A DNA stretch of 64,000 bases, taken from assembly GCA_041660065.1 (NCBI GenBank), contig JBAZXC010000001.1, forward strand, positions 328,535-392,534, in the 5' to 3' direction. This document shows, piece after piece, positions 39,178-48,560 of the stretch (position 1 is the stretch's first letter; the number at the start of each line of letters is the position of its first letter). The notes under the pieces are model-generated. The model was not told the origin of the DNA and did no database searches. It saw only the letters and a program-made list of their open reading frames with translations. The position numbers and the translations under genes are program-made. The DNA comes from Parcubacteria group bacterium. GTDB taxonomy: Bacteria > Patescibacteriota > Minisyncoccia > Moranbacterales > GCA-2747515.

Positions 39178-40422
39178 CTATACGATCCAATGTGGCAAAA
39201 GATAAATTTGCGTTTTGCTTTTCTTTTCAATTTCAATTGAACTCTCATTGGCAATTACTGCACATCGTGGATTATATTCTCTGATAAACGATGTCAACGA
39301 TTTTGATATTTTGGCACTGGAGAAACCGCTTTTACTTTCCAAGGGAATTTTTTCATTATTAGCGTCGATCACAAAATCCACTTCAGCACCAGTTTTGGTA
39401 CGCCAAAAATTCATTTCCATGTCCTTTTTAATAAATTGGGTGGCAATGAAATTTTCATACAAAAAACCTTTATCCAGCCTATTCTCCAACTTATTAAAGT
39501 CATCAATGACGTAATTGCGCAGTCCCGTATCAAAAAAATACACTTTTGGGTTTTTCACAATTTCCGTTCTCTTATTTACAAAAAATGGTCGAATTGTTTT
39601 GCAAATGAATGTTTTTTCCAAAATGTTTATATATTTCTTAAGGGTTATATAATCATATCCGGAGATGTTTCCCAACTCGTTATAGGCAATCAGTTGACCA
39701 ATTTGTACCGAAAGTGCACGCAATAACCTGGAAAGTCTAAAATCATCAGCCAAACCAAGCAAGTCCTTAACGTCTCGTAAGAAATAGGTATTATAAATAT
39801 TTTTGAGGATCATTTCCTTTTCTTTCATATCTTCAGCCAAGACGACACGCGGGTATCCTCCCCAGATAATAAATTCCTCCAAAATATTATTCATTTGCCC
39901 ATTGATATTTTTTGAGACATCAAGTGTGCCGACTTTATTATTTTTCAAATCAACTATTTTTTTATTTTCCTCATAAATTTTAAAAAGGTTTCCGTCTCTA
40001 AAGCGCAAAAATTCTTCAAAATCCAGTTGATACAAATTGAAAACAAAAACGCGTCCAACCAAATATTTAATGGCATGGATTGTCAAATCGATAGTTGAGG
40101 AGCCGGAAATAATAATCTTGTTTTCCGGAAAAGTATCGAACAAATATTTCAATAGTTTCCCCCCATTTTTGGAATATTGAAACTCATCGATAAAAATATA
40201 TTTATGATGAAAATATTTTTTTGCAAACCCTTTGATATCCTGCTCAAAAAGTTCCAGATCATCTCGGTCTTCAAAATTCAAAAAAATCGAATTTTCCAGT
40301 TGCCCCTGAATCTTTTTGAGAAGAGTTGTCTTTCCGGATTGCCGCGGACCGACAATTGCCAAAATTTCTCTTTTTCCCAAATAGTCTAGAATGAGAGGCT
40401 CAATTTTTCGCTCTATATACAT
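39178..40422 (-). CDS. AAA+ ATPase with C-terminal DUF4143 domain (COG1373 family)
   Basis: Walker A motif GPRQSGKTTLLKKI. Size and layout typical of AAA_14 + DUF4143 proteins. Confidence 0.8.
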   Translation of the reverse strand: MYIERKIEPLILDYLGKREILAIVGPRQSGKTTLLKKIQGQLENSIFLNFEDRDDLELFEQDIKGFAKKYFHHKYIFIDEFQYSKNGGKLLKYLFDTFPENKIIISGSSTIDLTIHAIKYLVGRVFVFNLYQLDFEEFLRFRDGNLFKIYEENKKIVDLKNNKVGTLDVSKNINGQMNNILEEFIIWGGYPRVVLAEDMKEKEMILKNIYNTYFLRDVKDLLGLADDFRLSRLLRALSVQIGQLIAYNELGNISGYDYITLKKYINILEKTFICKTIRPFFVNKRTEIVKNPKVYFFDTGLRNYVIDDFNKLENRLDKGFLYENFIATQFIKKDMEMNFWRTKTGAEVDFVIDANNEKIPLESKSGFSSAKISKSLTSFIREYNPRCAVIANESSIEIEKKSKTQIYLLPHWIV

Positions 40423-40534
40423 ATATTTCGATACTTTTTACTAAAATTATATTACAATATCATTTTAGCAAAGCTAGAATTTTATGTCAAACAGAGAATA
40501 AAAACGACAGCTAGATTGGTGCATACCACCCCAA

Positions 40535-40700
40535 TTGTCATCCTACCACGCCCTGAGAATTTAGGGAGCTCGACTGGAGATTCCATTGTCATCCTCAGCT
40601 CGACTGGGGATCCATAATTTTTCAATGATCTTTTTTAGTTTCGCTAGATTCCCAATCATCTACGCCCTACCACCCAATTTCTACTCCCTAATTTCTACTC
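40535..40700 (+). repeat. Right ~160-bp direct repeat flanking the AAA ATPase cassette
   Basis: See 38991-39150. Followed by the ATTTACCAGTCCGTAGC…GGATGGCT repeat (40704-40738) and CTAATTTCTAC short repeats (40740-40795), which are inverted copies of 38878-38952. Confidence 0.65.
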
Positions 40701-40773
40701 TCTATTTACCAGTCCGTAGCTTCAACGAAGGATGGCTCTACCCCCTAATTTCTACCACCTAAAAATCTACTCC

Positions 40774-42423
40774 CTAATTTCCTTTCGCGATCGGCATTTC
40801 GATGATGAATTCCGAGCCTTTGTCGACGCCGTCTGATTTGGCGTAAATGTGCCCACCCTGTGATTCGATCAAGTTCTTGCCCACATACAATCCCAATCCC
40901 GATCCATCGGTATAGACTTTGGTCGAATCCGTCCCGCGTGAAAACTTGGCAAAAAGTGTCTTGAGCGATTCTTCGGAGATGCCCATGCCGGAATCCTTTA
41001 TGGTCACACGCACGACCTCACCATCTTTTTCTGCGATAACATGCACAAATCCCTCCTTGGTATATTTGATCGCATTGTCCATCAAATTTGAGATCACTTC
41101 CCGTAATTTGGATTTGTCCGCTTTGATCGCCGGTAATTGTCCATCCGGTGTCTGGATCTCCAGCTCCAATTTCTTGTCCTGCGCGCGCAAGATGAACATG
41201 TCTTTGAGCTCATTCAAAATATCCTCCACATGCACATCATCTTCCAAACGATATTCCAGTCGCCCCGACTCGATGCGCGTGAGATTGAGCATATCCTCCA
41301 CAAGTTGGATGAGTCGTTCATTGGCGAGAAAGATCTTGTTGAGTGCATCATCCGTCTTGTCCGTATTCTCTCCATACGCCCCCTCGAGAATGAGAGAGAT
41401 ATATCCTTTGATCGCCGTAAGCGGCGTGCGCAATTGATGCGACGCGATCGAGATAAATTCCGATTTTGCATTGTCCAATCGCTTGAGCTCGGCATTGGCA
41501 CGCGCCAGATCCTTGGAGAACTTCATCAACCGATCCTTCTGCATCTCTTCACGTTTCACACTCTTGACCACCCCATAACCGATGATGCACACCAACACAA
41601 ACGCGATACTATTGAGCACTCTGTTAGTAGGATTACCGATAAAAAAGAACTGCGCCCCGATGAGAAAAATGAGCGACCACACCAAAGCCTGCGCCCGCGC
41701 AAGCTTGATATCCATTGCACCGTATTGAACGATCAAATATGCTAACGTAACTATAAAAAACAATATTCCAAACAGTCCATACATCTGAATTTCGTATGTG
41801 ATGTATCCCAACCAAACCAATATACCAGCAACAAAATCAGACACAATATAGATAAACACACTCATGCCCAGAATTGCAATTTTTTTGCGATTATCACCAG
41901 CAGCGCGAAAGTATCGATTAGTCAAAAGAGCAACAACCCACAAAGAAATCACAGCTGTTAATATAAACGCATACGCATTATAATACACACCTTCCGAGGC
42001 TTCACAGTTTACCGCATTGAAATTCACCAAACTCCACTCTGACGACATAAAAACAATCAATGGCAACAACAAAGCGCCCCACACTATTTTACTCCGCACA
42101 TGTGCATCTTTACCATCGACAAAAACATAGATAAAATATAACCCTAAGATTTGGTACATGGAAGAAAATATATTAAACACAGACCACCAAAACATAATCT
42201 GAGAACTGTCCACGCTGAGCCATGTCATCAGATCCGCAACAACCCACAACGCGAACGACATGCTGATCCCGCATAAAATATATCCGAGCAACGATCTACT
42301 TTTAAGTAATACAAAACCACCCATAAACAAGGCAATGATCATCGTGGGAATATGCGTATACCATAACAGATGAGGAACTACTATATGACACGATTCAATA
42401 TTTGTCACAAAATTATAATCCAT
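40774..42423 (-). CDS. Sensor histidine kinase with ~8-TM N-terminal sensor domain
   Basis: HisKA H-box ISIASHQLRTPLTAIKGY and HATPase_c N/G1/G2 boxes. No response regulator gene within the window. Confidence 0.85.
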   Translation of the reverse strand: MDYNFVTNIESCHIVVPHLLWYTHIPTMIIALFMGGFVLLKSRSLLGYILCGISMSFALWVVADLMTWLSVDSSQIMFWWSVFNIFSSMYQILGLYFIYVFVDGKDAHVRSKIVWGALLLPLIVFMSSEWSLVNFNAVNCEASEGVYYNAYAFILTAVISLWVVALLTNRYFRAAGDNRKKIAILGMSVFIYIVSDFVAGILVWLGYITYEIQMYGLFGILFFIVTLAYLIVQYGAMDIKLARAQALVWSLIFLIGAQFFFIGNPTNRVLNSIAFVLVCIIGYGVVKSVKREEMQKDRLMKFSKDLARANAELKRLDNAKSEFISIASHQLRTPLTAIKGYISLILEGAYGENTDKTDDALNKIFLANERLIQLVEDMLNLTRIESGRLEYRLEDDVHVEDILNELKDMFILRAQDKKLELEIQTPDGQLPAIKADKSKLREVISNLMDNAIKYTKEGFVHVIAEKDGEVVRVTIKDSGMGISEESLKTLFAKFSRGTDSTKVYTDGSGLGLYVGKNLIESQGGHIYAKSDGVDKGSEFIIEMPIAKGN

Positions 42424-42439
42424 ATTTTTTTATTTGTAT

Positions 42440-43237
42440 TCATTTTATCACAAGTTCATAATCAAAGCGATCTTTCACATATTTTTTCACGATTTCTTTT
42501 TGTGATACCGCACCACACCACCAATATAGATCATCCAACACTTCTGACGGTGTTAATTGACAAATAAGCGGCTTTACACCAAAAATTTCCTCTACTTTTG
42601 TAAAACTCGGCAACAAAATTTCTCTCACAAAATTCCCCTCATCACCTTCTACAACATAATTTTCAAAAAGAATGCCGTGACATAAAAAGAGGGATAAAAA
42701 GTACAAATAATAATATTCTGTCAAATTTCGTGTCCGATAAAACCAATCAGAAAAATCGTACACATTTCCGACTAAATCCGGCATCACCATATCCGTCAGG
42801 TCGTGATGAAAATCTAATAACGATTGTCCCCACACTGTTTTTACATCACACAACCGCTTACCTTCTTCGGTATTGTAATTAATGATCTTTGTGTAAGGCA
42901 CATTTGCAAAACTCTCCAGTCCAAATTCATCGCAAAAATACAATTTGCCCAGTAGATACTTAGGAATGCTCTTTGCAACAAATTTGTCCTTTGTGAATTC
43001 CAAGCATAATGGCTCTAATTTGATTTCTTTTGCCAACTGCAAAAAACGTTCAGTATCATGTCCCGGAGTAATCACATATTGATTCGTGATCGCGCGCGGA
43101 CCATTTTTAAATAAAAATGTAATATCATCACCAAGAAATTCTTCTACTTTGGCACGCAAAACAACATCATTCCATCTTTTGTGAATTTCCATCTTTGCAT
43201 CCTCCAGTGATGTATAAATGCTATAATCTTCTTTCAT
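42440..43237 (-). CDS. Tandem-paralog family protein A (unrecognised ~255-aa family)
   Basis: Shares (I/V)(E/H)(R/K)RW…, T(V/L/M)WG(E/Q)…DFHH, HG(V/I)L(F/C)(E/D)N(F/Y), FG(V/M)(S/K)PL(I/V) and YWWC motifs with the next three genes. Start trimmed to MKEDYS (43237) by alignment. Confidence 0.6.
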   Translation of the reverse strand: MKEDYSIYTSLEDAKMEIHKRWNDVVLRAKVEEFLGDDITFLFKNGPRAITNQYVITPGHDTERFLQLAKEIKLEPLCLEFTKDKFVAKSIPKYLLGKLYFCDEFGLESFANVPYTKIINYNTEEGKRLCDVKTVWGQSLLDFHHDLTDMVMPDLVGNVYDFSDWFYRTRNLTEYYYLYFLSLFLCHGILFENYVVEGDEGNFVREILLPSFTKVEEIFGVKPLICQLTPSEVLDDLYWWCGAVSQKEIVKKYVKDRFDYELVIK

Positions 43238-43257
43238 TTTTTTATCATACAAAAAAT

Positions 43258-44019
43258 CTATACATGTACATCTTCCATGACATCCTTTGGATAACACCAC
43301 CAATACACATCCATCACCTCTTCCTCCGGTTGTGCGGGAATAATAAGTGGGGATACACCAAATGTATCAACGATTTCATCAAAGGCCGGATTAAATATCT
43401 CTCGTGTAAATTCTTCCTCACCCGCCACAACGTCCGTAAAATTTTCAAAGAGTACGCCATGAGCCACAAATAACGCCAAAAATTTTTTGTAATACTGATC
43501 AATGGATGTTTTCATATGATTTTCAGCGAACCATTCAAAATCATCAAAAATTTCCACCTGCGGAACATATTTCTGTGCAATTCGATGATGAAAATCAACC
43601 AACTTTTCTCCCCACAACGTCACAATCTCATCAAATCTCTTTCCTTGCGCCTGCGCAAGATCAACGATCAATTTATTCTGACTGATAACATCATGATTTT
43701 TATCATACCCTTTAAAAAAACGTGGTTTTACAAGAAGCATTTTATCTTCATTGTTCGTTACAAAAATATCATGCACACCCTCTAATCCCAGTGGCGCAAG
43801 ATGTAATTCCTGTGCCATCTTCACAAAATGACGCAATTCAAAATCCGGTGAAATAATATTCCGTGACAATACAGCGCGCGGCTCATGCTGAAACGGCTCT
43901 GGGATTTCTCCGCTCAAATATTCACGCACACGCTCTTTGAGAGCATCATCTTTCCATCTCCTCTGAATTTCTACCTTTGCATCTTCTATTGTGGTGTAAA
44001 AACTCCTTTTTTGATCCAT
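43258..44019 (-). CDS. Tandem-paralog family protein B
   Basis: See 42440. MDQKRSFYTTIEDAKVEIQRRW…TLWGEKLVDFHH…VAHGVLFENF…YWWC. Confidence 0.6.
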   Translation of the reverse strand: MDQKRSFYTTIEDAKVEIQRRWKDDALKERVREYLSGEIPEPFQHEPRAVLSRNIISPDFELRHFVKMAQELHLAPLGLEGVHDIFVTNNEDKMLLVKPRFFKGYDKNHDVISQNKLIVDLAQAQGKRFDEIVTLWGEKLVDFHHRIAQKYVPQVEIFDDFEWFAENHMKTSIDQYYKKFLALFVAHGVLFENFTDVVAGEEEFTREIFNPAFDEIVDTFGVSPLIIPAQPEEEVMDVYWWCYPKDVMEDVHV

Positions 44020-44027
44020 ATAATTTT

Positions 44028-44801
44028 TTATTTTTTAATACCTTTCATTTTCTCATCCAATATCTCCTGCATCTGCGCATCAAAATACCACTGATCTGTT
44101 TCCATTTCTTCTTGCGTAAAAAGTGGCACAATTAATGGATAGACCCCAATCTTTTCTTTGACATATTCTATCGCAGGATAACTCACTTCCTCCAAAAAAC
44201 CTTTTGCCGCATCTGGATCATCGTCGTACTCCAAGACTTCGCACGACACGCCAAAGACGGTCACAATCGCATAGAACGCTTTGTAGTATTCCTTGGCTCG
44301 CTCTCCATTGTGCACAAGCCAATCGGACATATCTTTCATTTCAGGCTTTTCTTGATGCATTGTGAAAAATGCATTGTGAAAAAATTCAATCAAATTTTCA
44401 TTCCACATCGTTTGTAATCCTTTTAATTTTTTTCCATCACTGGCAAAATAGTCTATGATATGTGTGGAATGAATGATTGGTTCATTATTTTTGTTCATTT
44501 TTTCGCACACATCAATACGACCCCAACGCAATTTATCAGGGTTTACTGTTGTAAATTTATCATCATAATACTCAAATACAAACGGCTTGAGTTGCAACTG
44601 TTCCGCAATATGCATAAACCGTCGCGTCTCTGAATCTGGGATGCAAATCTGACGAAACAACACTGCACGAGGCTCCTGTAAAAAAACTTCTGGCACATCA
44701 CCATGCAAAAAATCTACGACACGTTTCTTTAGATCTTCATCCTGCCAGCGCCTCTGAATTTCTTCTCGCGCCTCTTCAATTGACATATTATATTTTCCCA
44801 T
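44028..44801 (-). CDS. Tandem-paralog family protein C
   Basis: See 42440. …EIQRRWQDEDLKKRV…CEKMNKNNEPIIHST…QWYFDAQMQEIL. Confidence 0.6.
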   Translation of the reverse strand: MGKYNMSIEEAREEIQRRWQDEDLKKRVVDFLHGDVPEVFLQEPRAVLFRQICIPDSETRRFMHIAEQLQLKPFVFEYYDDKFTTVNPDKLRWGRIDVCEKMNKNNEPIIHSTHIIDYFASDGKKLKGLQTMWNENLIEFFHNAFFTMHQEKPEMKDMSDWLVHNGERAKEYYKAFYAIVTVFGVSCEVLEYDDDPDAAKGFLEEVSYPAIEYVKEKIGVYPLIVPLFTQEEMETDQWYFDAQMQEILDEKMKGIKK

Positions 44802-44816
44802 ATTGCTTTCTTAATA

Positions 44817-45596
44817 TTACACCAATCTATTAGATGTTTTTTTCATTTTCTCATTCAATATCTCCTGCATCTGCGCATCAAAATACCATTGGTCACATTG
44901 TTCAATTTCTTCATCTGAAAAAATTTGAACTACCAGCGGTTTCATGCCAAATTCTTGTGTTACATGATCAAATGCGGGTCGTACCACCTCATAAAAAAAA
45001 TTATTCTCGTCACCACCGTCTGCACCAAAGTTATCACACAATACGCCATGTGCAATACACAACGCAAAAAATTGTTTATAGTATTCATTTGCCTTTTTAC
45101 CATGACACACAAGCCATGCAGACAAATCATAGATTTCTGGTCGTGCCATACCCATCGCATCAAATGATGCGTGAAAAAAATCCACAATAGGTTCACCCCA
45201 TGTTGTAGCGATATCCGCCAGTGACTTATTATCATTTGCAATAAAATCAATGATGCGTGTCGAACGAATGATCGGCTCGTTGTTTTTGTTCATTTTTTCA
45301 CACACATCCAATCTACCATACTGCAATTTATCGGCATTACGCGTACAAAACTTATCTGCAAGATATTCCAAATTGATCGGCAATAAACTCATTTTTTGAG
45401 AACATTCCAAAAATCGTTTTGTCTCTGACCCGGGGATGCAAATATTGCGAAAAAGAATGCTCCGCGGTTCACGCAAAAACACCTCGGGGATATCACCTTG
45501 CAGATATTCGCGCACTTTTGTTTTTACCTCCTCATTTTGCCAACGTTTTTGAATTTCCACTGATGCGGTTTCTGGTGTTACATAAAAATCGGACAT
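44817..45596 (-). CDS. Tandem-paralog family protein D
   Basis: See 42440. ~60% identical to protein C over most of its length. Confidence 0.6.
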   Translation of the reverse strand: MSDFYVTPETASVEIQKRWQNEEVKTKVREYLQGDIPEVFLREPRSILFRNICIPGSETKRFLECSQKMSLLPINLEYLADKFCTRNADKLQYGRLDVCEKMNKNNEPIIRSTRIIDFIANDNKSLADIATTWGEPIVDFFHASFDAMGMARPEIYDLSAWLVCHGKKANEYYKQFFALCIAHGVLCDNFGADGGDENNFFYEVVRPAFDHVTQEFGMKPLVVQIFSDEEIEQCDQWYFDAQMQEILNEKMKKTSNRLV

Positions 45597-45700
45597 ATCA
45601 TGATGTGATTATAATATATTTAATTATAACACAATTTAAAAGTTTATAGACAAAAAATTAAAGAGGTGCATGTTTATAGAAACACACACCTCAATAGTTC

Positions 45701-46708
45701 TTAGAAAAGATTGGTAACATACTTGATGAAATCACCAGCCTCTTCCAGTCCCTCACTGTACGCCCAGATCCAAAAAACGGCTTGAACGGCAGTGGCCGGG
45801 AGAAGGAACATCCACCGTCTTACGACAGTATTCAATTCCTTATGGTAAAAATACATCACCTGATCCGGACCGTCCCACAAAATACCGACAGTATTGATCC
45901 AAATCATCCACAAATATGCAATCCATGGAGATCGGGTTTTGACGTGATCAAACACCCGACGAAATGCTTTGCCAAAGGATAAATCCTTATCAAAAGCCTC
46001 CGCCATCTTGACCGCACCGGCTGCCTTGATATTGTTACCAAGCCAACCGAAAAGAAAGTACCAGACCAGAGAGAATTGCGCTTTTACACACAACTCCACC
46101 ATCGCCAGGGAAAACACGGACCAACTCCAATCATAGATCGAGTCAACCAGTCCCCATTTTTCCATCGTGGCAACCTTCTTCACAATCTCATCTTTACCAT
46201 CTTCTTCTTCGATAGCGTAGAACTCAATCGCTGTGATCTTGATCACATTGACGGAGTACACGACAAATCGTGAAAACCGATGTGACTTTTCTGTCGCCGA
46301 TGCAACATAATACGCATACAGACGCCCGAAAATCTTTTTTGACAACTCACTGAAAATCACCTTCTTGACCATTGCGATGATCTGTGCAAAAAACACAAAC
46401 GCCACAATAATCACCGCGACCTTCGGTAAAAATTCCCACAAGTACTTTGACAGAAAGTCAAATACCCGAGGAGCATAGAACACAATCTGATCACCAAAGA
46501 CTACAGCAACGGTAGTGGCGATCACGATCATACTGATTTTCAGAAACACTTTGTTGCCACTGATGATCCAAATCAGACACAACAGTGCCATAGCAACCAT
46601 CGCTAACACCAGAGAAAATTCCCCAAGGTTAGCAACCAACCATAGAGTTACCGCATGAAGTTCATGCAATAACCCGTTCTCCAAAAGCCTGTTTACGAGT
46701 CCCTGCAT
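45701..46708 (-). CDS. hypothetical polytopic membrane protein
   Basis: 335 aa with multiple TM helices. First gene of the co-directional block membrane protein → paralogs D, C, B, A → histidine kinase. Confidence 0.55.
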   Translation of the reverse strand: MQGLVNRLLENGLLHELHAVTLWLVANLGEFSLVLAMVAMALLCLIWIISGNKVFLKISMIVIATTVAVVFGDQIVFYAPRVFDFLSKYLWEFLPKVAVIIVAFVFFAQIIAMVKKVIFSELSKKIFGRLYAYYVASATEKSHRFSRFVVYSVNVIKITAIEFYAIEEEDGKDEIVKKVATMEKWGLVDSIYDWSWSVFSLAMVELCVKAQFSLVWYFLFGWLGNNIKAAGAVKMAEAFDKDLSFGKAFRRVFDHVKTRSPWIAYLWMIWINTVGILWDGPDQVMYFYHKELNTVVRRWMFLLPATAVQAVFWIWAYSEGLEEAGDFIKYVTNLF

Positions 46709-46807
46709 GACATCACCTCTTTGGTTTTGGTTAAAGTTGTAAACGAACTACGAAATCCCATTATACACCAAAAAAGCCCCTTTGTCAATCCCCCACACAC
46801 CAAAAAC

Positions 46808-46915
46808 CGCATAAAAACTCACTTTTTATGCAAAAACAACCTCAAAATCTACCATCTTTGAGAATTTAAAAAGCCATAGTCAGCTTATACAGCTTTATTA
46901 TCAAAAACTGCATCA
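46808..46915 (+). repeat. ~105-bp direct repeat (left) flanking the Nudix gene pair
   Basis: ~88% identical to 48403-48510. Contains the hairpin GCATAAAAA-CTCAC-TTTTTATGC. Confidence 0.6.
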
Positions 46916-47010
46916 TAGCAATTACTCACAATACGTTCGACTATTTTTTCACTATACCAACTTCAAAATGATATAATGGGATTATTATGTAACTGTTTAT
47001 AAATTACTCT

Positions 47011-47517
47011 ATGCACCCACTAGATAAACTATGCCGTCCTGTAGTCACTGCGATCATCAGGAAGAACATCGGCAACATACCTCACATCCTTATGCAAACA
47101 CGGTGGAAACCAAAAGAAGATCCCCTCTACAGTGGCACGCTGGAATTGCCGGCTGGACATTTGGATGCGTTCGAGGATATACATGAAGCTCTAAAACGTG
47201 AGGTTTTCGAGGAAACCGGTTTGCATGTGCGTGTCATTTCACCGGATACGCGAACAAAAACTTTCTCACCACGTGAGGACGGTGCATTTGGTTTTCAACC
47301 GTTTTGTGCTCATCAACAGATCAAAAATGGCTTACCCTGGATCGGATTTGCCTTTTTATGCGAAGTTGAAGATGGTGAATTTGTCGCGCAAGAAAGTGAA
47401 ACACGCGACCAAAAATGGCTGCCGGAATCTGACATCGAAATGATGGTCAAAAATGCTCCTGAAAAAATATTTACATTTCACCTTGCGGCACTCGCATACT
47501 ATTTTGAGAAAAAATAA
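47011..47517 (+). CDS. Nudix hydrolase
   Basis: Nudix box GHLDAFEDIHEALKREVFEETGL. Confidence 0.8.
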   Translation: MHPLDKLCRPVVTAIIRKNIGNIPHILMQTRWKPKEDPLYSGTLELPAGHLDAFEDIHEALKREVFEETGLHVRVISPDTRTKTFSPREDGAFGFQPFCAHQQIKNGLPWIGFAFLCEVEDGEFVAQESETRDQKWLPESDIEMMVKNAPEKIFTFHLAALAYYFEKK

Positions 47518-47636
47518 AATCCTTATAATGACAAGGGTTTTCAGGCTCGCTAAATTAAAAAATGTGTGGCCATTGACTACTCTTATTTTTTAATGTTAGT
47601 TGAATACGAAAAAAACATATCACTTAAAACCGCTCT

Positions 47637-48104
47637 ATGCAAAAAATTAAATGTAAAAATAATTTCGACAAATTAGTCGAATTGCCGATCAACAAATTTG
47701 TTTTTAGGCCGAGTGTATATGGAATAATATTGGATAAGGGTGAAGCGGTTTTCATGAAAAATAAAAGTAATGGTAAACTCTGGTTCCCAGGCGGAGGCAT
47801 TGAAATCGGGGAAACTCTGGAGGTGGCATTAAAAAGAGAAATTATGGAAGAAACCGGTCTCAAAGTCAACATGGGTGAGATGACCCTATTCAAAGAAAAT
47901 TTTTTCTACTACGAGCCGTTGGATGAGGCTTATCATGCTTTCCTATTTTTTTTCATATGTAAAGCTAAAAATAAAAACCTTTCTGACTCCACCGACTTGG
48001 AATCAAAAAATCCAAAGTGGATGAAAATCAAAGAAGTCAAGAAAAATCAAATTAGCGATCTAGCCGATGATTTGTATAAATTATTACAGAAGATCGAGGA
48101 TTAG
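47637..48104 (+). CDS. Nudix hydrolase
   Basis: Nudix box GGGIEIGETLEVALKREIMEETGL. Confidence 0.75.
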   Translation: MQKIKCKNNFDKLVELPINKFVFRPSVYGIILDKGEAVFMKNKSNGKLWFPGGGIEIGETLEVALKREIMEETGLKVNMGEMTLFKENFFYYEPLDEAYHAFLFFFICKAKNKNLSDSTDLESKNPKWMKIKEVKKNQISDLADDLYKLLQKIED

Positions 48105-48288
48105 AAGTAATCTGTTTGTTCGTTAAAATCAACCCCTATCAAAGGAAGGTGACATCATGAACGAATCCGGCAATGGGTAATGACAGCTCTTTTATTAGAA
48201 TCAGAAAGGAACAGTTTGGCTACTGAAAAACCGGACGACGAGTTATGTTTTGTTCACCTGCTTTAGCAATAGAAATATTCAAAATTCT

Positions 48289-48340
48289 TAAACTGCCCAT
48301 GTTCTCTAGCGAGAAGATTTGGCAGTTTTTATTTTTTTAT
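48289..48340 (+). terminator. Hairpin + T-run (terminator of a possible short transcript or of the Nudix operon)
   Basis: AACTGCC…GGCAGTT stem followed by TTTTATTTTTTT. Confidence 0.45.
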
Positions 48341-48402
48341 ATGAATAATGATATTATACTATCGTTTTTCATATGAATTTTGATATTTTAACACGCCAAT
48401 TC

Positions 48403-48510
48403 GCATAAAACCTCACTTTTTATGCAAAAACAACCTCAAAATCTACCATCTTTTAAAATTTAAAAAGCCATGGTTAGCTTATGCGGATTTATCATCAAAA
48501 AAGATATAAT
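48403..48510 (+). repeat. ~105-bp direct repeat (right) flanking the Nudix gene pair
   Basis: See 46808-46915. Confidence 0.6.
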
Positions 48511-48560
48511 TCAACAATACAAAAGGGACGCCCTAAAAAAGATGCTTGACCCCTTATTCA

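Noticed and set aside
40676-40795. Possible CRISPR array suggested by repeated CTAATTTCTAC / TCTACC motifs (also 50832-50880)
   Set aside because: The repeats are only 11-13 bp, irregularly spaced, lack unique spacers of uniform length, and no cas genes are present.
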